In this document: one piece after another, positions 26,770 through 39,069 of the stretch
How the letters are laid out: every line of letters begins with the position of its first letter
Numbering within the stretch: position 1 is the stretch's first letter
Source: Parasitella parasitica NRRL 2501
Taxonomy: Eukaryota; Fungi; Mucoromycota
Length of the DNA: 55,778 nt
Assembly: GCA_025201805.1 (NCBI GenBank)
Contig: MU619328.1
Location: forward strand, 1 to 55,778
Reading direction: 5' to 3'
Notes under the pieces: model-generated
Told to the model about the DNA's origin: nothing
Seen by the model: the letters and a program-made list of their open reading frames with translations, nothing else
Databases searched by the model: none
Made by a program: the position numbers and the translations under genes

Positions 26770-28480
26770 GATTACGCTACATGCTGCATTTGACTGAAAT
26801 AAAATGAATAATATGGGATTTTCAGACTAAATTTGCGTATCCTCATTTGCGTTATATGAATGTTCAGTTTGCGTATTTCTAGCTTTGCGAAGTTAGCATG
26901 TTTCCATCTTTTCTGTTCTTGTGGCATAAAGGATGTTTGTTTCTTCATTTTCAGCATAATCGACCTTATTACCATCAACGGTATTAAAAACATCAATTAA
27001 ATCATACTTGAATGATTTCTTTGCCTTTGCCTTTCTTTAGTTCATCGCTAAGCTCGACCAAATTACACTAAATAGCAACCTCACGTATATATTTCATCTG
27101 TTGCGTAACCTTGACCTTTCCGGAGACGTTTTTCCTCTTTAACTCGCCTGTATTCAATTCATTAATATGGCCATCTTTTAAAATAAAATCGATCTTCTTT
27201 CCAAAAGCATAACTATTTAAGTCGGCAATTTTGCGCTGGAAGAGCTCTTCATTCCATTGCAGAACACAAGAACTTGTTTTCACCACTGGATTTGTGTAAT
27301 ATGTAAACAATAATAATAGAAAAAAGCATGATTTTTAGTTCACTATCAATATAAATACTCCTTGACCAATGTATCTGTGTCAGCTAACACATATTCAAGA
27401 ATTGGGATGAATCTTCTGTATGAAGTCAGCCCAGAGGGGTGGATATCTGATTTTGACCATATTTCAAATGAATTTATTCTATTTTAGCAATGGTTAAGTA
27501 TAGATAGACATTCAAGATATAGGGTTGAATTAAACTTACAAATACTACAATATTATGATAACTTGGTAGGTTTGACAGGATCTGTTAGATAAATACGAGC
27601 TTTTATCGTTATTCAAGTGTAATAGCATATTATGAATAGTAGACAACCTATCACCGCCAAAAGAATTAGTTACATGTATTTGATACGATCATCTTTTCGA
27701 CTCTTACTTCTCAAGTTTCTCCAAAATAGAGTTCGTGGCGCCGTCAAGATAATTCTTATTTGGTGTGTGCACTTTAGCTGTACTAGTAATTTCTTTCACA
27801 ATGTGTTTGCCCAAGATTTTCTTATAAATATCAGTGTATTCTTTCTTGAGTAGATTAATAACATGTGACAAGCAGAGTCTTCTCACAAACCAATTTTAAT
27901 TTATCAAAAGTATTTTACGCACCCATAATAAAGACTTACTTAACAGTGTGGGTATCTTCATCCGTCAGGGGTGATTCGTTTAATGTTTCAACCGCATATA
28001 GAAATAACTGGAATTTCAGTGATTCTTTTGCATGTTCTTTCAACAGCACCATGTATTTAGAGGGGAGTACAGCTTCTTCGATCCCATTGAATTTACCATG
28101 TGCAAATTGTAGTACAACATCTGATAATAAAGAAGCAGACAACTATAAATAACAGAAGTTAAATCAATGCATTGCATTATCATAATAAATTACAAATACC
28201 TCCTCTGTATCATCTACTTTACGTTTGTTAGTATTTCGAATGAACTAGCCCTGAAAATGGATGGCGCTTAAGCGTGTTACCCATATTTTCCAGTTATTGT
28301 AAAAAGCGAAACAATAACGAGTAGGCAGGCGTGGAGGTTTTTATAAACTGTTAAGAAGCTCTTGGAGTGATCCGGAGTGAAACAGCCTTGATTCGAAGAG
28401 GATAACCACATTTTTTGCCACTTGTGAGCTTGCACTCTTGAAAGCGTTCAAAGAATCCTTTTTGAGCTGATGTTCTACCA
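26770..28480 (-). pseudogene. Decayed intron-containing gene with PD-(D/E)xK nuclease-like motif (repeat family)
   Basis: KKIDFILKDGHINELNTGELKR (D...ExK) followed by QQMKYIR; several short ORFs, splice signals, stops; interrupted by an rRNA fragment. Confidence 0.5.
28237..28388 (+). rRNA. Isolated ~150-bp fragment of LSU (25S/28S) rRNA; non-functional
   Basis: CGAATGAACTAGCCCTGAAAATGGATGGCGCT and GAGTAGGCAGGCGTGGAGG are conserved eukaryotic LSU sequence; stops at AACAGCCT; flanks are not rDNA. Confidence 0.93.
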
Positions 28481-29039
28481 GTTTCTATTATTTTTTTTTT
28501 TAAAAAAAAAAGATCAGTAAGAAGGAATCCAGCTAAATTATAGTTTTACACACATATCCCAAAGCCAATTCGTATGCCCGATCCCAATAAGTCATTAGAA
28601 AATGGTATAGTAAACAGACAATTTTTTTCCTTCCTTTACACTTTCAGTAAACTTATAAGTCGATTACTGCTTCCAATCTCTTTAATTAATCTTTTCCGCT
28701 AAATATCAGCTAATTCTCTACCATTATTCACCGTAAGAGAAGAGCTCAAACTAGGAATCGCTTCTTGGTTTTCTGCAATAAACCTGGTGAGGGAGAGATT
28801 CTGGTGACTTGACACGTATTTTTTCACAACTTTAAATGTTCATTAGCAACAATAGACTGTTTTTCATAGTCTGAACTTGCTATCATAACCGTTAATAACT
28901 CATTAAAAAGTAGTTTTAAGAAAAAGCAAAATTAAAACTATTGTTTGAAAATACATTTTCCAGATTTGGTTGCTCTTTCAATTTGCTAGAAGGCATGAAG
29001 GAAAAGTGGAAATAATTCAAGTAGCAAATTAGAATCTGG

Positions 29040-29600
29040 CTAAATAAAAAGTAAAACAGGCTTTGGATTTGGGTACGGGAAGGCGAGAAGTGGGCTGGGA
29101 TCGGTTATGGTAACATCGATATGGAAGGTATCATTTAGATGACATTTTTTGTCAATTTTTGTAAGAAATGTAAGGATGAGTGGCAATCGATATATCCAAA
29201 AGTGATATATGAAGGATTTATTATGTTCTTGTGTAGACGATGTGTAAAAGAGGCGATGAAGTAATTGGTCAAGTGTATCGGGATCGTTTGCGTATCCTGA
29301 TAGTTGAAGTTTTCTGTATAAAGAGAAGCAGTTCAGTAGATGAGCACGCGTAGTGAGGGCTTCAGATATGCAGTTGGTGCAGGTAATAGGCTTACCTAAG
29401 AGCCATCCTCTTTTCCAGTTTATCATGCGGCTGCGATCACAATTATGCATTGGCACGGCATAATCGGAATATTGTATTATTAGCTCAATAACCTCAGCCT
29501 GGATAATCCTTTGTAGATAGTCAGAGAACATAGTGTGCAGTGTAATCAGATTGAAGTTTATGAAGTATTTCGAATTTAATTAGCCGGAAGGCCCATTTTA
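29040..29600 (-). mobile_element. Non-LTR retrotransposon (LINE) ORF2 C-terminal fragment
   Basis: RSRMINWKRGWLLGKPITCTNC...RAHLLNC is a CCHC-type C-terminal region of LINE ORF2; RT core absent. Confidence 0.65.
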
Positions 29601-30375
29601 CTTTCGAAAAATGTAACATTAAATTAGAAGTATTATCATTATAATTGTCAATTTGTGGCCACGACAATCCTCGTCATCTCCGCTCCTGCTACTGCTGCTG
29701 GTATTGCTGGTATTGATATCCATCCATGTCCAAAAAGGGCAAGTGGGGAAGAATTGGGATTGGGCGGGAAATTTATGAATAGGGTCTGCCAATTAAAGTG
29801 CAATTTCACCCAGACAATAAGAGAAATCTGCATGTATTCTTCTCAGCCAATGCTCTCTGTTTAATTTTCATTTTAAAATGATTTGTATGATAGTGATGAA
29901 TACGGGAACAAAAAAATTTTCAAGCATGAATCGAGCCGTACGGTTAGTATGTTCAAGTATTGAATGTGCTAGTAAGTTTATGAAAAATTCAATTTGAAAA
30001 TTTCTGATTTGATCTGATCAGAAGTAAAGAAAACAAAATGTTTACCTGAAACCATTGAAACTGAAACGAACTTTTTTCCAGATACTGAAATTTTGCGGTG
30101 GTCTGCCGAGCGGTGCACCACATGCAAATCAACAAATAATACCTACAAGAAAGAACATGCCTTGTAGATAATATTGCATTCGAGTGACGAACTTGAGATA
30201 GTTGAACATATTGTTCAATCCGAAATCCAAATGTTTTCCACGGAGTGCTAAACCCACATATGTGTTTACCTAATGGCGTGACAAATTATCGAACGGTTCT
30301 TCTGCACACACTCCGTCTAAATCAGTATTTTCTATTTTCCATTTTCGCCAAGTGGGGGGGGGTACTTTCGCAATG

Positions 30376-30385
30376 TATATAAAAG
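30376..30385 (+). promoter_or_regulatory. TATA box of the sugar transporter gene
   Basis: TATATAAAAG about 70 bp upstream of the ATG at 30450. Confidence 0.6.
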
Positions 30386-30449
30386 AAATCAGAAAATCAG
30401 GTATCCTTCTCACTTCAGTTTTCTACATCATTAAACATACAAATCGAAA

Positions 30450-31943
30450 ATGAATTCCCTTGATATGAAATTACCCAAGTACATGGTTTACTGTGTAACC
30501 ATTGCCTGCCTCGGATCTTTCAGTAATGGTTGGGTCATCGGCTCTGCTAATGTTCCCGGTGCTGTCACTCATGCTTGCGCTAATGGTGCTGCTCATGTTG
30601 CAAATAGTGCTTTCCCTGATTGTCTCCCCATGAACGACGCTCTTTGGGGTTTCGCCGTTGCCTCTTTCTGTGTCGGTGGTCTCTTTGGCGGTCTCTTTGG
30701 TGGCCTTATTCAAACTAAATTTGGTCGTAAGAAGACCATCATTTTCAACAACATTGGCTGGATCATTGGTGCTATCTTGATCGGTGCTTCTGTTTCTCCT
30801 GCCATGTTCATTATTGGTCGTGTCTGCTGTGGTCTTTCTTGTGGTCTTGGTTCTCTCTCCACTCCTACCTACGTTGGTGAAGTCTCTACTATCAAAGGCC
30901 GTGGTACTATGGGTACATGTAATCAATTTGCTATTGTCATTGGTATCTTGCTTGCTTCTGTCATCGGTCTTCCCCTTGCCTCTGTCCCTCTTTGGAGAAT
31001 CAACTATGCTATTGTTGCCGTCCCTGCTATCGCTCAATTCTTTTTGATGGCCGGCTGTGTCGAGACTCCTCGTTATCTCATATCCCAAAACCGTATTGAA
31101 GAAGCTCGTGATAGCCTCCAAAAGTTGCGCCCTGGAGCCGATATCGAACAAGAATTTTTTGAGCAAGTTGAGGGTATTCTCGGTTCTTGTGCTGCTCGCG
31201 CCATCACTGCTTCAAATAATGGCACTGATGATAAGGTCGAAGTAAAGGAAAACGAAACCAAACTTGAAGAAGGCGTTGTCAGTGAAGAAGGCGACGATGC
31301 TGCCCGTGCTCCTATGAACATGATCCAAATATTTGTTGACCCTCTCATCCGCAAAATTGCTGTAACTGTCTTGCTTCTTCACGTTATCCAACAATTGATC
31401 GGTATGAATGCTGTCATGTACTATTCTACCACCATCTTCAACATGTCTTTTGATGCCAATATGTCCATGTACATGGCTATTGTCACCACTGTCGTCAATT
31501 TCATCTCTACTATTGCCTCTTTAATCTTGATTGATCGCATGGGTCGTCGTCCTCTGCTTTTGATTGCTGAAGCTGGTGCTTGTATTTTCTCTGTTCTTTT
31601 GGTAATCGGTTACGTCTACGAAGTCGGTGCACTTCTGATCGTTTCAGTCTTTGGCTATGTTATCTCATTTGCTATTGGTGTCGGCCCTATTCCTTGGATG
31701 ATTACCTCTGAAATGTCCCCTGTCTATGCTTCCTCAGCTGTTGGTGCTGTTGCCACTGCCATGAACTGGGCCATGAATTTCTTGATTGGTCAATGTTTCC
31801 CCGTTATCTTTGCCGCAATCCAAGGCTATTCTTTTGTTATCTTTGCTGCAATTGCTGCCATGGCTTTCGTTTTCACCTGGTTCTGTGTCCCTGAGACCAA
31901 AAATCGCTCCATTGAATCCATTGTCAAGTCTTTCCAGACCTAA
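30450..31943 (+). CDS. MFS sugar porter (GLUT/hexose transporter-like), intronless
   Basis: FGRKK, VETPRYL, QQLIGMNAVMYYS, DRMGRRPLLL, GPIPW, VPETKN; about 12 hydrophobic segments. Confidence 0.96.
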   Translation: MNSLDMKLPKYMVYCVTIACLGSFSNGWVIGSANVPGAVTHACANGAAHVANSAFPDCLPMNDALWGFAVASFCVGGLFGGLFGGLIQTKFGRKKTIIFNNIGWIIGAILIGASVSPAMFIIGRVCCGLSCGLGSLSTPTYVGEVSTIKGRGTMGTCNQFAIVIGILLASVIGLPLASVPLWRINYAIVAVPAIAQFFLMAGCVETPRYLISQNRIEEARDSLQKLRPGADIEQEFFEQVEGILGSCAARAITASNNGTDDKVEVKENETKLEEGVVSEEGDDAARAPMNMIQIFVDPLIRKIAVTVLLLHVIQQLIGMNAVMYYSTTIFNMSFDANMSMYMAIVTTVVNFISTIASLILIDRMGRRPLLLIAEAGACIFSVLLVIGYVYEVGALLIVSVFGYVISFAIGVGPIPWMITSEMSPVYASSAVGAVATAMNWAMNFLIGQCFPVIFAAIQGYSFVIFAAIAAMAFVFTWFCVPETKNRSIESIVKSFQT

Positions 31944-33069
31944 ACCATTCTGTTGTTTAAATCTTTCAATCCAATTTAAATCCACATTTGTATATTAGCA
32001 TTTCTTTTCAAAAACGTTGATCGTTTAATAAAAATTTTAAATCAAAACGTAAATGGTTGCTTCCCTACTAAGATTTCCAAAAATAATAGTTGGCTTATAA
32101 TAAGTGGTCTTGATGCTTGAAAGTATCTTGCATATTGCATGGAAAGGAAAATAAAGGTTAACATACTGTGCAATTCTTATACCAGATTTTAACGTCTTGA
32201 AGCAAAAAATCTTCTCTAGTCTATCATGATAAACTAGATATCTAAGGAACATGAGACAATGCTGATTTCTGACTTGACTTCAAATTGACAGTTAATCTCA
32301 ACGATTGATCATAACAGTTGATCCAGCACTGGTTACAACAGTTGACTGCTCTATGCAGAAACAAATAAGCTTCTTCTGAATCAGGATTTTTGAGAGCACT
32401 GACAACCTTATTGAATCTATGCTTGATTTTGATATTCTGCTGCTTACCTTCCTTGTGACCAATGCCACAATAAAAAGGTACCTATTGGTTTACAAAATCG
32501 TTGCTAAAGAGGATCGATTTGTAAAATGATCGCGAGGTTATAACGTGATTAATGCTTCCGCGCAGCATCGAATTCAGCAGACTAATTTTATGCATATTTC
32601 TCGGCTTCCACAAGCTCCATCACTCATTTTTCCCGCCCGACTTTCTTAATTTGTCGAATGCAAATCCGCACATGACTAGATGGATCCTCGTACAGTCGCT
32701 ATTGCTGAAATCGCTAATAAAACTGTTAGTATACAGGGTTCAGATCTTCTCGCATACGACAATGGCACTTATTAGCTGTACGCATCATAAAATGTTGGCA
32801 GTTATTTGTACACATATCCATCTGGGGTATATACAGTTTTTCAATGAAAAGATCTAATATTTTTATTTTTATTTTTTATTTTTTTTTTACTTACATCTGA
32901 TATATATCATCCCACCAAAAAGCAACTGACAGTAATCAATTGATATAAACAATACGACAAATGCTGTGTACCTTGATTTGCTCTACCGCATCTAATTTGA
33001 CATAAAATCCTTGCAATTAATTCCTTTTTCTTCCTTTCTTTCTTTGTCTTGCATATCTTTTTCAACACT

Positions 33070-34265
33070 ATGGTTTTCGAATCAAAATATTATGACATTT
33101 TGGGTGTACATCCCAATGCTTCAGAAGCAGAACTTAAACGAGCATACAAAAGGCTTGCTTTGAAGTATCATCCTGACAAGGTAAGTTTTTTAAATCGCTT
33201 TGAAACTGAGTTGGTTTGAAGCCTAATTCATTCAAGAACCCCAACACGGGAGACAGGTTCAAAGAGATTGCTCATGCGTACAAGGTTTTATCCGATGTTA
33301 AAGAGAGAGAACACTATGATCAATATGGTGAGATGGGTTCCAATGGACAAGGTGCTATGAATACCAAAGATTTTTTCCCTCAATCGTTTGGAGAAAGTGA
33401 AAATGTGGAAGGAGGTTATTTCAATCCTCAAAGCTCTCTTCGTGGGAAGAATACAGTGTATCATCTCAAGGTCAGTCTTGATGATCTATACTGCGGAAGG
33501 GACAGTAGGCTTGCTCTTACAAGGAAAGTCCTCTGCGGCAAGTGCGGGTGTAGAAGGTGTAAGCGGCAAGGTTTTTACTATATCTCTCATAAAACAGGCT
33601 CTATCCAGCAAACTGTAAGTATTCCTTTCCAGAAAATTTCACTCGGTATATTTTACTGACTCTCTGTATACAAGTGTGAGGATTGTCAGGGTACTGGTGA
33701 AAGTTTTGGCCATCAACATCGCTGCTACTATTGCTTCGGAGCAAAGACTGTGAGTGACAAAAAGTTTTTGGATGTGCATATTGAACCTGGCATGCGTGAT
33801 GGACATCACTTTATATTCTATCGTGAAGGCGATCAGTCTCCTGGTATAATTCCCGGCGACATTATCATACAGATCAACCAAGAGCCTCACCCAGATTTCA
33901 TTCGTCAGGGTGATGACCTTGTTTATCAAGCCAGGATTGATCTATTAACTGCATTGGCGGGCGGTCAGTTTGCTATTCCTCACCTAAACAACCGAATCCT
34001 ATTAGTGAGTTTGATCCCTGGCGAAATTACTCAATCCGACACAGTAAAAGCTGCTCTTAATGAAGGTATGCCTATTCATCATATTGGAAGATGCGGCCAT
34101 CTCTTTGTCAAGTTTATCATTGAATTCCCTAAAAAAAACTGGATTAACAATGGAAATTTGAAGAAACTGGCGGCTTTCTTACCTCCTCGCAACCTTATAC
34201 CTTCCGTCGGCAGTGGAAGTGTTACATGCGTTACCCTGACTAATACTTATCAGTATACATCTTGA
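33070..34265 (+). CDS. Type I DnaJ (YDJ1/MAS5-like) paralog, divergent, no CaaX
   Basis: [13 protein letters not shown]...[10 protein letters not shown]-domain; introns 33181..33236 and ~33615..33673; CxxC repeats; [11 protein letters not shown]-like [23 protein letters not shown]. Confidence 0.88.
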
Positions 34266-34656
34266 TGATGGCGATGGAACATAACATGTCGCTATTAACA
34301 CAGTAAAAATTGCAGGACCAATATCTAAACTATTTATACCATAATAACATTCTAACAAAAGTAAAATAAAATAGAAACTTAACTCTTTACATGATTTGCA
34401 TATCAACATGTGAAGCCATCAAGACAGTAATCTCAACATCCAAACCTTTAAAGAAAACATAACATTATCTTTTTAAGAATGCAGAGCGTAAATTATCTGG
34501 GAGTTGTTAGAGGGTATGTTATCGCATTCTATAAAAGAGGATGGGAAAAAAACATTTCTTGTTAGACAGGTATGTCAAGTCAGTAAGCGAACTGACACGC
34601 TGACTTCTCAACCTCAAGTTTTGAACCGACATGTAGAATAAATAAAACTAATCCTC

Positions 34657-34957
34657 GGGACTCTTACAGTCATGTACAGTGCTTCCACTCTCAATTTACT
34701 GAATGCATGAAAACTCTGGTTACTTTTTTGAAACTAATTTGATCAAGTATTCGAAGCTAATTTGCCCTGCTTTTTGAAAATAAATTGCTTACTTTTTACA
34801 ATAAGATTACCAACCTTGGTCTTTGACCAGTCTTCGTTACTATAAAGTCCAATTTTCGCTTTTCTACTATCCAAAATTCGTTTTAGTAAAGTAACCAGAG
34901 TTTTCAAGCATTCGGTAAATTGAGAGTGGAAGCACTGTACATGACTGTAAGAGTCCC
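34657..34957. mobile_element. MITE-like element, 301 bp, ~70-bp terminal inverted repeats
   Basis: gggactcttacagtcatgtacagtgcttccactctcaatttac... is the reverse complement of ...gtaaattgagagtggaagcactgtacatgactgtaagagtccc; no ORF; no clear TSD. Confidence 0.88.
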
Positions 34958-35108
34958 ATTTTTCTCAAAAGGCGGATTTTTGACATTTGATGTAGCTTTT
35001 ATAAAACTATTAGATAAAATCTCGATTTTTTAACCGATTTTTTACATGAATTCTTTATTTTGAATGAAAAATGTGAAATGCAAAGTGAAATGCGATGATT
35101 TAAAATGC

Positions 35109-36254
<1,146 letters not shown>

Positions 36255-37916
36255 TTATATGAATATATGTAGAACAAAGCTGATTGCCAGGTAAACGCAT
36301 TGGGTTTATATAAGTTTTACAATGTCTCAGACTTCATGGGTTTTTGAGGGAGAATTAATCCTGTTTTGGATCGGATTAGGATCGATTAGTGACCTGATCT
36401 CGGCCAAGTCTTTGATTGCAATGGACTCAGTCAGACATGTAGATGCGCTGCCGTTTTTTAGTGAATGATAGCATTGATAACGTGTCATCTATTGTCCGCT
36501 TTGCCATGTTTTAAAGGAATCCCACTGTACAAGCTGCTATGATCAAGATATTTTTTTTCCTTGGTGAATTTCCGTGGACATGAAATTATCCATTTGCCTG
36601 CTCTTTGAAATAAAAAATCCCCATGTAGCTCCCCCCCCCGCTACACGTATCTCAAGGGTTTCTAAATTTTGCATTACTTTGTCAAAACGTCATTTGCAAG
36701 TAAATATTATACTAACTGACAAGTGTTGCGCGTAGTTCATGTTACATTTGTACCACTGCCAAAAAAAAAATTTGAAACAGATATAATCAGTGATAAAATC
36801 GCATAATCCTCTAGTATGTAGATCTAAAGATTGTAGCAACATACGTTTATCTTGCCTAATTTGCAGTATTTTCTTCAAACGCAAGCATTTATCAAGAAGC
36901 CAACGAATACATGGAGTCATTGTCATAATTATATAGTAAGCATTAGCTCAGTAATCAAATATGTATTCTTTACTGCACTGTGGCGTACATAGAGTAAATG
37001 TCTCAAATCTTGGCCAAATCTATTCCCAGTTTTACCCATAGAAACATCAGAGATTTCGTAGTTAAAACAATGAGGATGAATAGATTCTAATGTATTTACG
37101 TGATTTTCAACAGATGCATTTATATTTATTTAGTTGTAATATACTGCAATAGACTTGTACCATAAAAACACATAATATTTGTATACAATTAAAGAATATT
37201 GTTTTGGCATGTTTCGCATCTGTACGCCAACTTTATTAAGGTTCGCTCCTATTTAATCTGGTAAAAAATTATAATCCTCATGTAGAAATCTCCCCTGATG
37301 TTTATCGTCTTATCCGATTTTGAATTTTATATACGGTAGAAGATAACAATGCCATTCTTTACATTTCATTTCTTATTTTTTTCCCCCAAAAACTTTATAA
37401 CCACATCATGGATAGCAGATGACAAAACGTAACAAACGAAAGCAGTATTGTATTTGCATATGCAAATGCTAGGTGTTGTACAACGAATCTGCATATATGG
37501 GTAAAGACTGATATCGGTATGTGCAAAAACGACTTTCCGTAGTAGCAAAGTTTATATTTGACATGATTAGTAAGGATAGCTCCATACTTGCCTGATGTTA
37601 AGAACGGCGTCGGTTCATTCGGACGAGCCAGATTAAAAAATTTAATAAACCTTCATGTCAATTTTTTGGTAGGAAGATACAGTATATTCTGTATTGCATT
37701 TACAAAAAAGTAATGAGGTTTAGTAAAACATCTAGTGTTATACGTATTACAAAAACGTCATTTCTACAGAATCTTTGAACTGCTTTAAAACAATAAAAAA
37801 TACAATCAGTATCAAGCTATAATTTTTACTTGAAAACTGGTCTTTATTCAAAATACAAAGAATTTTATACTTCATATTGATCTATCACTTATATTGTAGT
37901 AGAAATTAAGGACCTG

Positions 37917-38399
37917 TTATTTTTTAAGGACGAAGTCTCTCAACTTTGCAACCAATTCTTCCAAGTCAATCAAAATACTATTCTTCCTTTGATTAAAGAG
38001 AGTGTCTATGTCGTTGGCACCAGCTTTGGTAATAACACCGTCAAGGTCATCGCTAGAAAGAGAATCACACCCTTCAGAGCCAGCGTATTCACTACATTCT
38101 TCAGAGGGTGCTCTAGCGCCAGTTTCTAAATGATCATTACGAATGTGTGCTTTCAACTCTCCAATATTGGCAATCGGAAAATGAGCCCAACAGCAAGGAC
38201 AAGCAGAATGACGAATCTCCGTATCTTTATCCTTGACATAAAGATAATCAGGGTTGTTGGGCCTGTGGCGGCCAGGAGTCCTTGCCATTGCTACAATTGA
38301 ATGGTAAGATCTTAGATGGTTAAGAAGAGCAGTAGGTGTGGAGAAAATGATGTCGCACTCCGGACACAGGTTTTCAAGACTAACAAGTTGGGGAGACAT
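37917..38399 (-). CDS. Small intronless two-zinc-finger protein (paralog of 51273..51881)
   Basis: CPEC-x12-H-x4-H and CPCCWAH...H-x4-H; acidic linker; TATA-like element upstream near 38455. Confidence 0.8.
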   Translation of the reverse strand: MSPQLVSLENLCPECDIIFSTPTALLNHLRSYHSIVAMARTPGRHRPNNPDYLYVKDKDTEIRHSACPCCWAHFPIANIGELKAHIRNDHLETGARAPSEECSEYAGSEGCDSLSSDDLDGVITKAGANDIDTLFNQRKNSILIDLEELVAKLRDFVLKK

Positions 38400-39069
38400 T
38401 TAGATTGACCAGATATTTATTGTATAAAGTTATAAACAAGATGAATCAAGCGTATTTATATAAAAAAAAAACACTTTTCTACCATTGTTCATTTCTTATA
38501 AATTCATATGAATGTATATAATGTGGTAAATGCAGCTTGATATTTAACGATTAATATGTTTGCTACAAGAGTCTTTATTGTTCAAATTCCAATAGCTGTA
38601 CGCCGAGGCGAAGTGTCAAGTGTCTTCATTGTCTTTGTGTACGAATATACGAGCAATTCTTTTATACAAAGTAAAATACATGCACAATCTCTTTTAAATA
38701 ATCATTAAACATTGATCCTTTATAAAAATTCGTCATCGTATTTGATGTAAGAAGCATAGACGAGTTGATCTAAACACAAAGACGAATACATACAAATGAA
38801 ATTTCATTGATTTTACTTTGTGTCTTGGTGTGGTTGGGGCCATATTATTACAAAAAAATGGAGCGCATACAGGCTCAAATTATGCAATAGATGTTACCAT
38901 GTACTCTAATATCGCATGTGCCTGACTTATTACAACACTTTCCTTTGCATTCAGATATTTTCAANNNNNNNNNNAAAAAAAAAAAAAAAAAAAAAAAAAA
39001 AAGATTGAATTTACAATGTATTTTATTGATGAAAGCTTTTTCTTCATGATTATTATCAGCAAACCGTTA

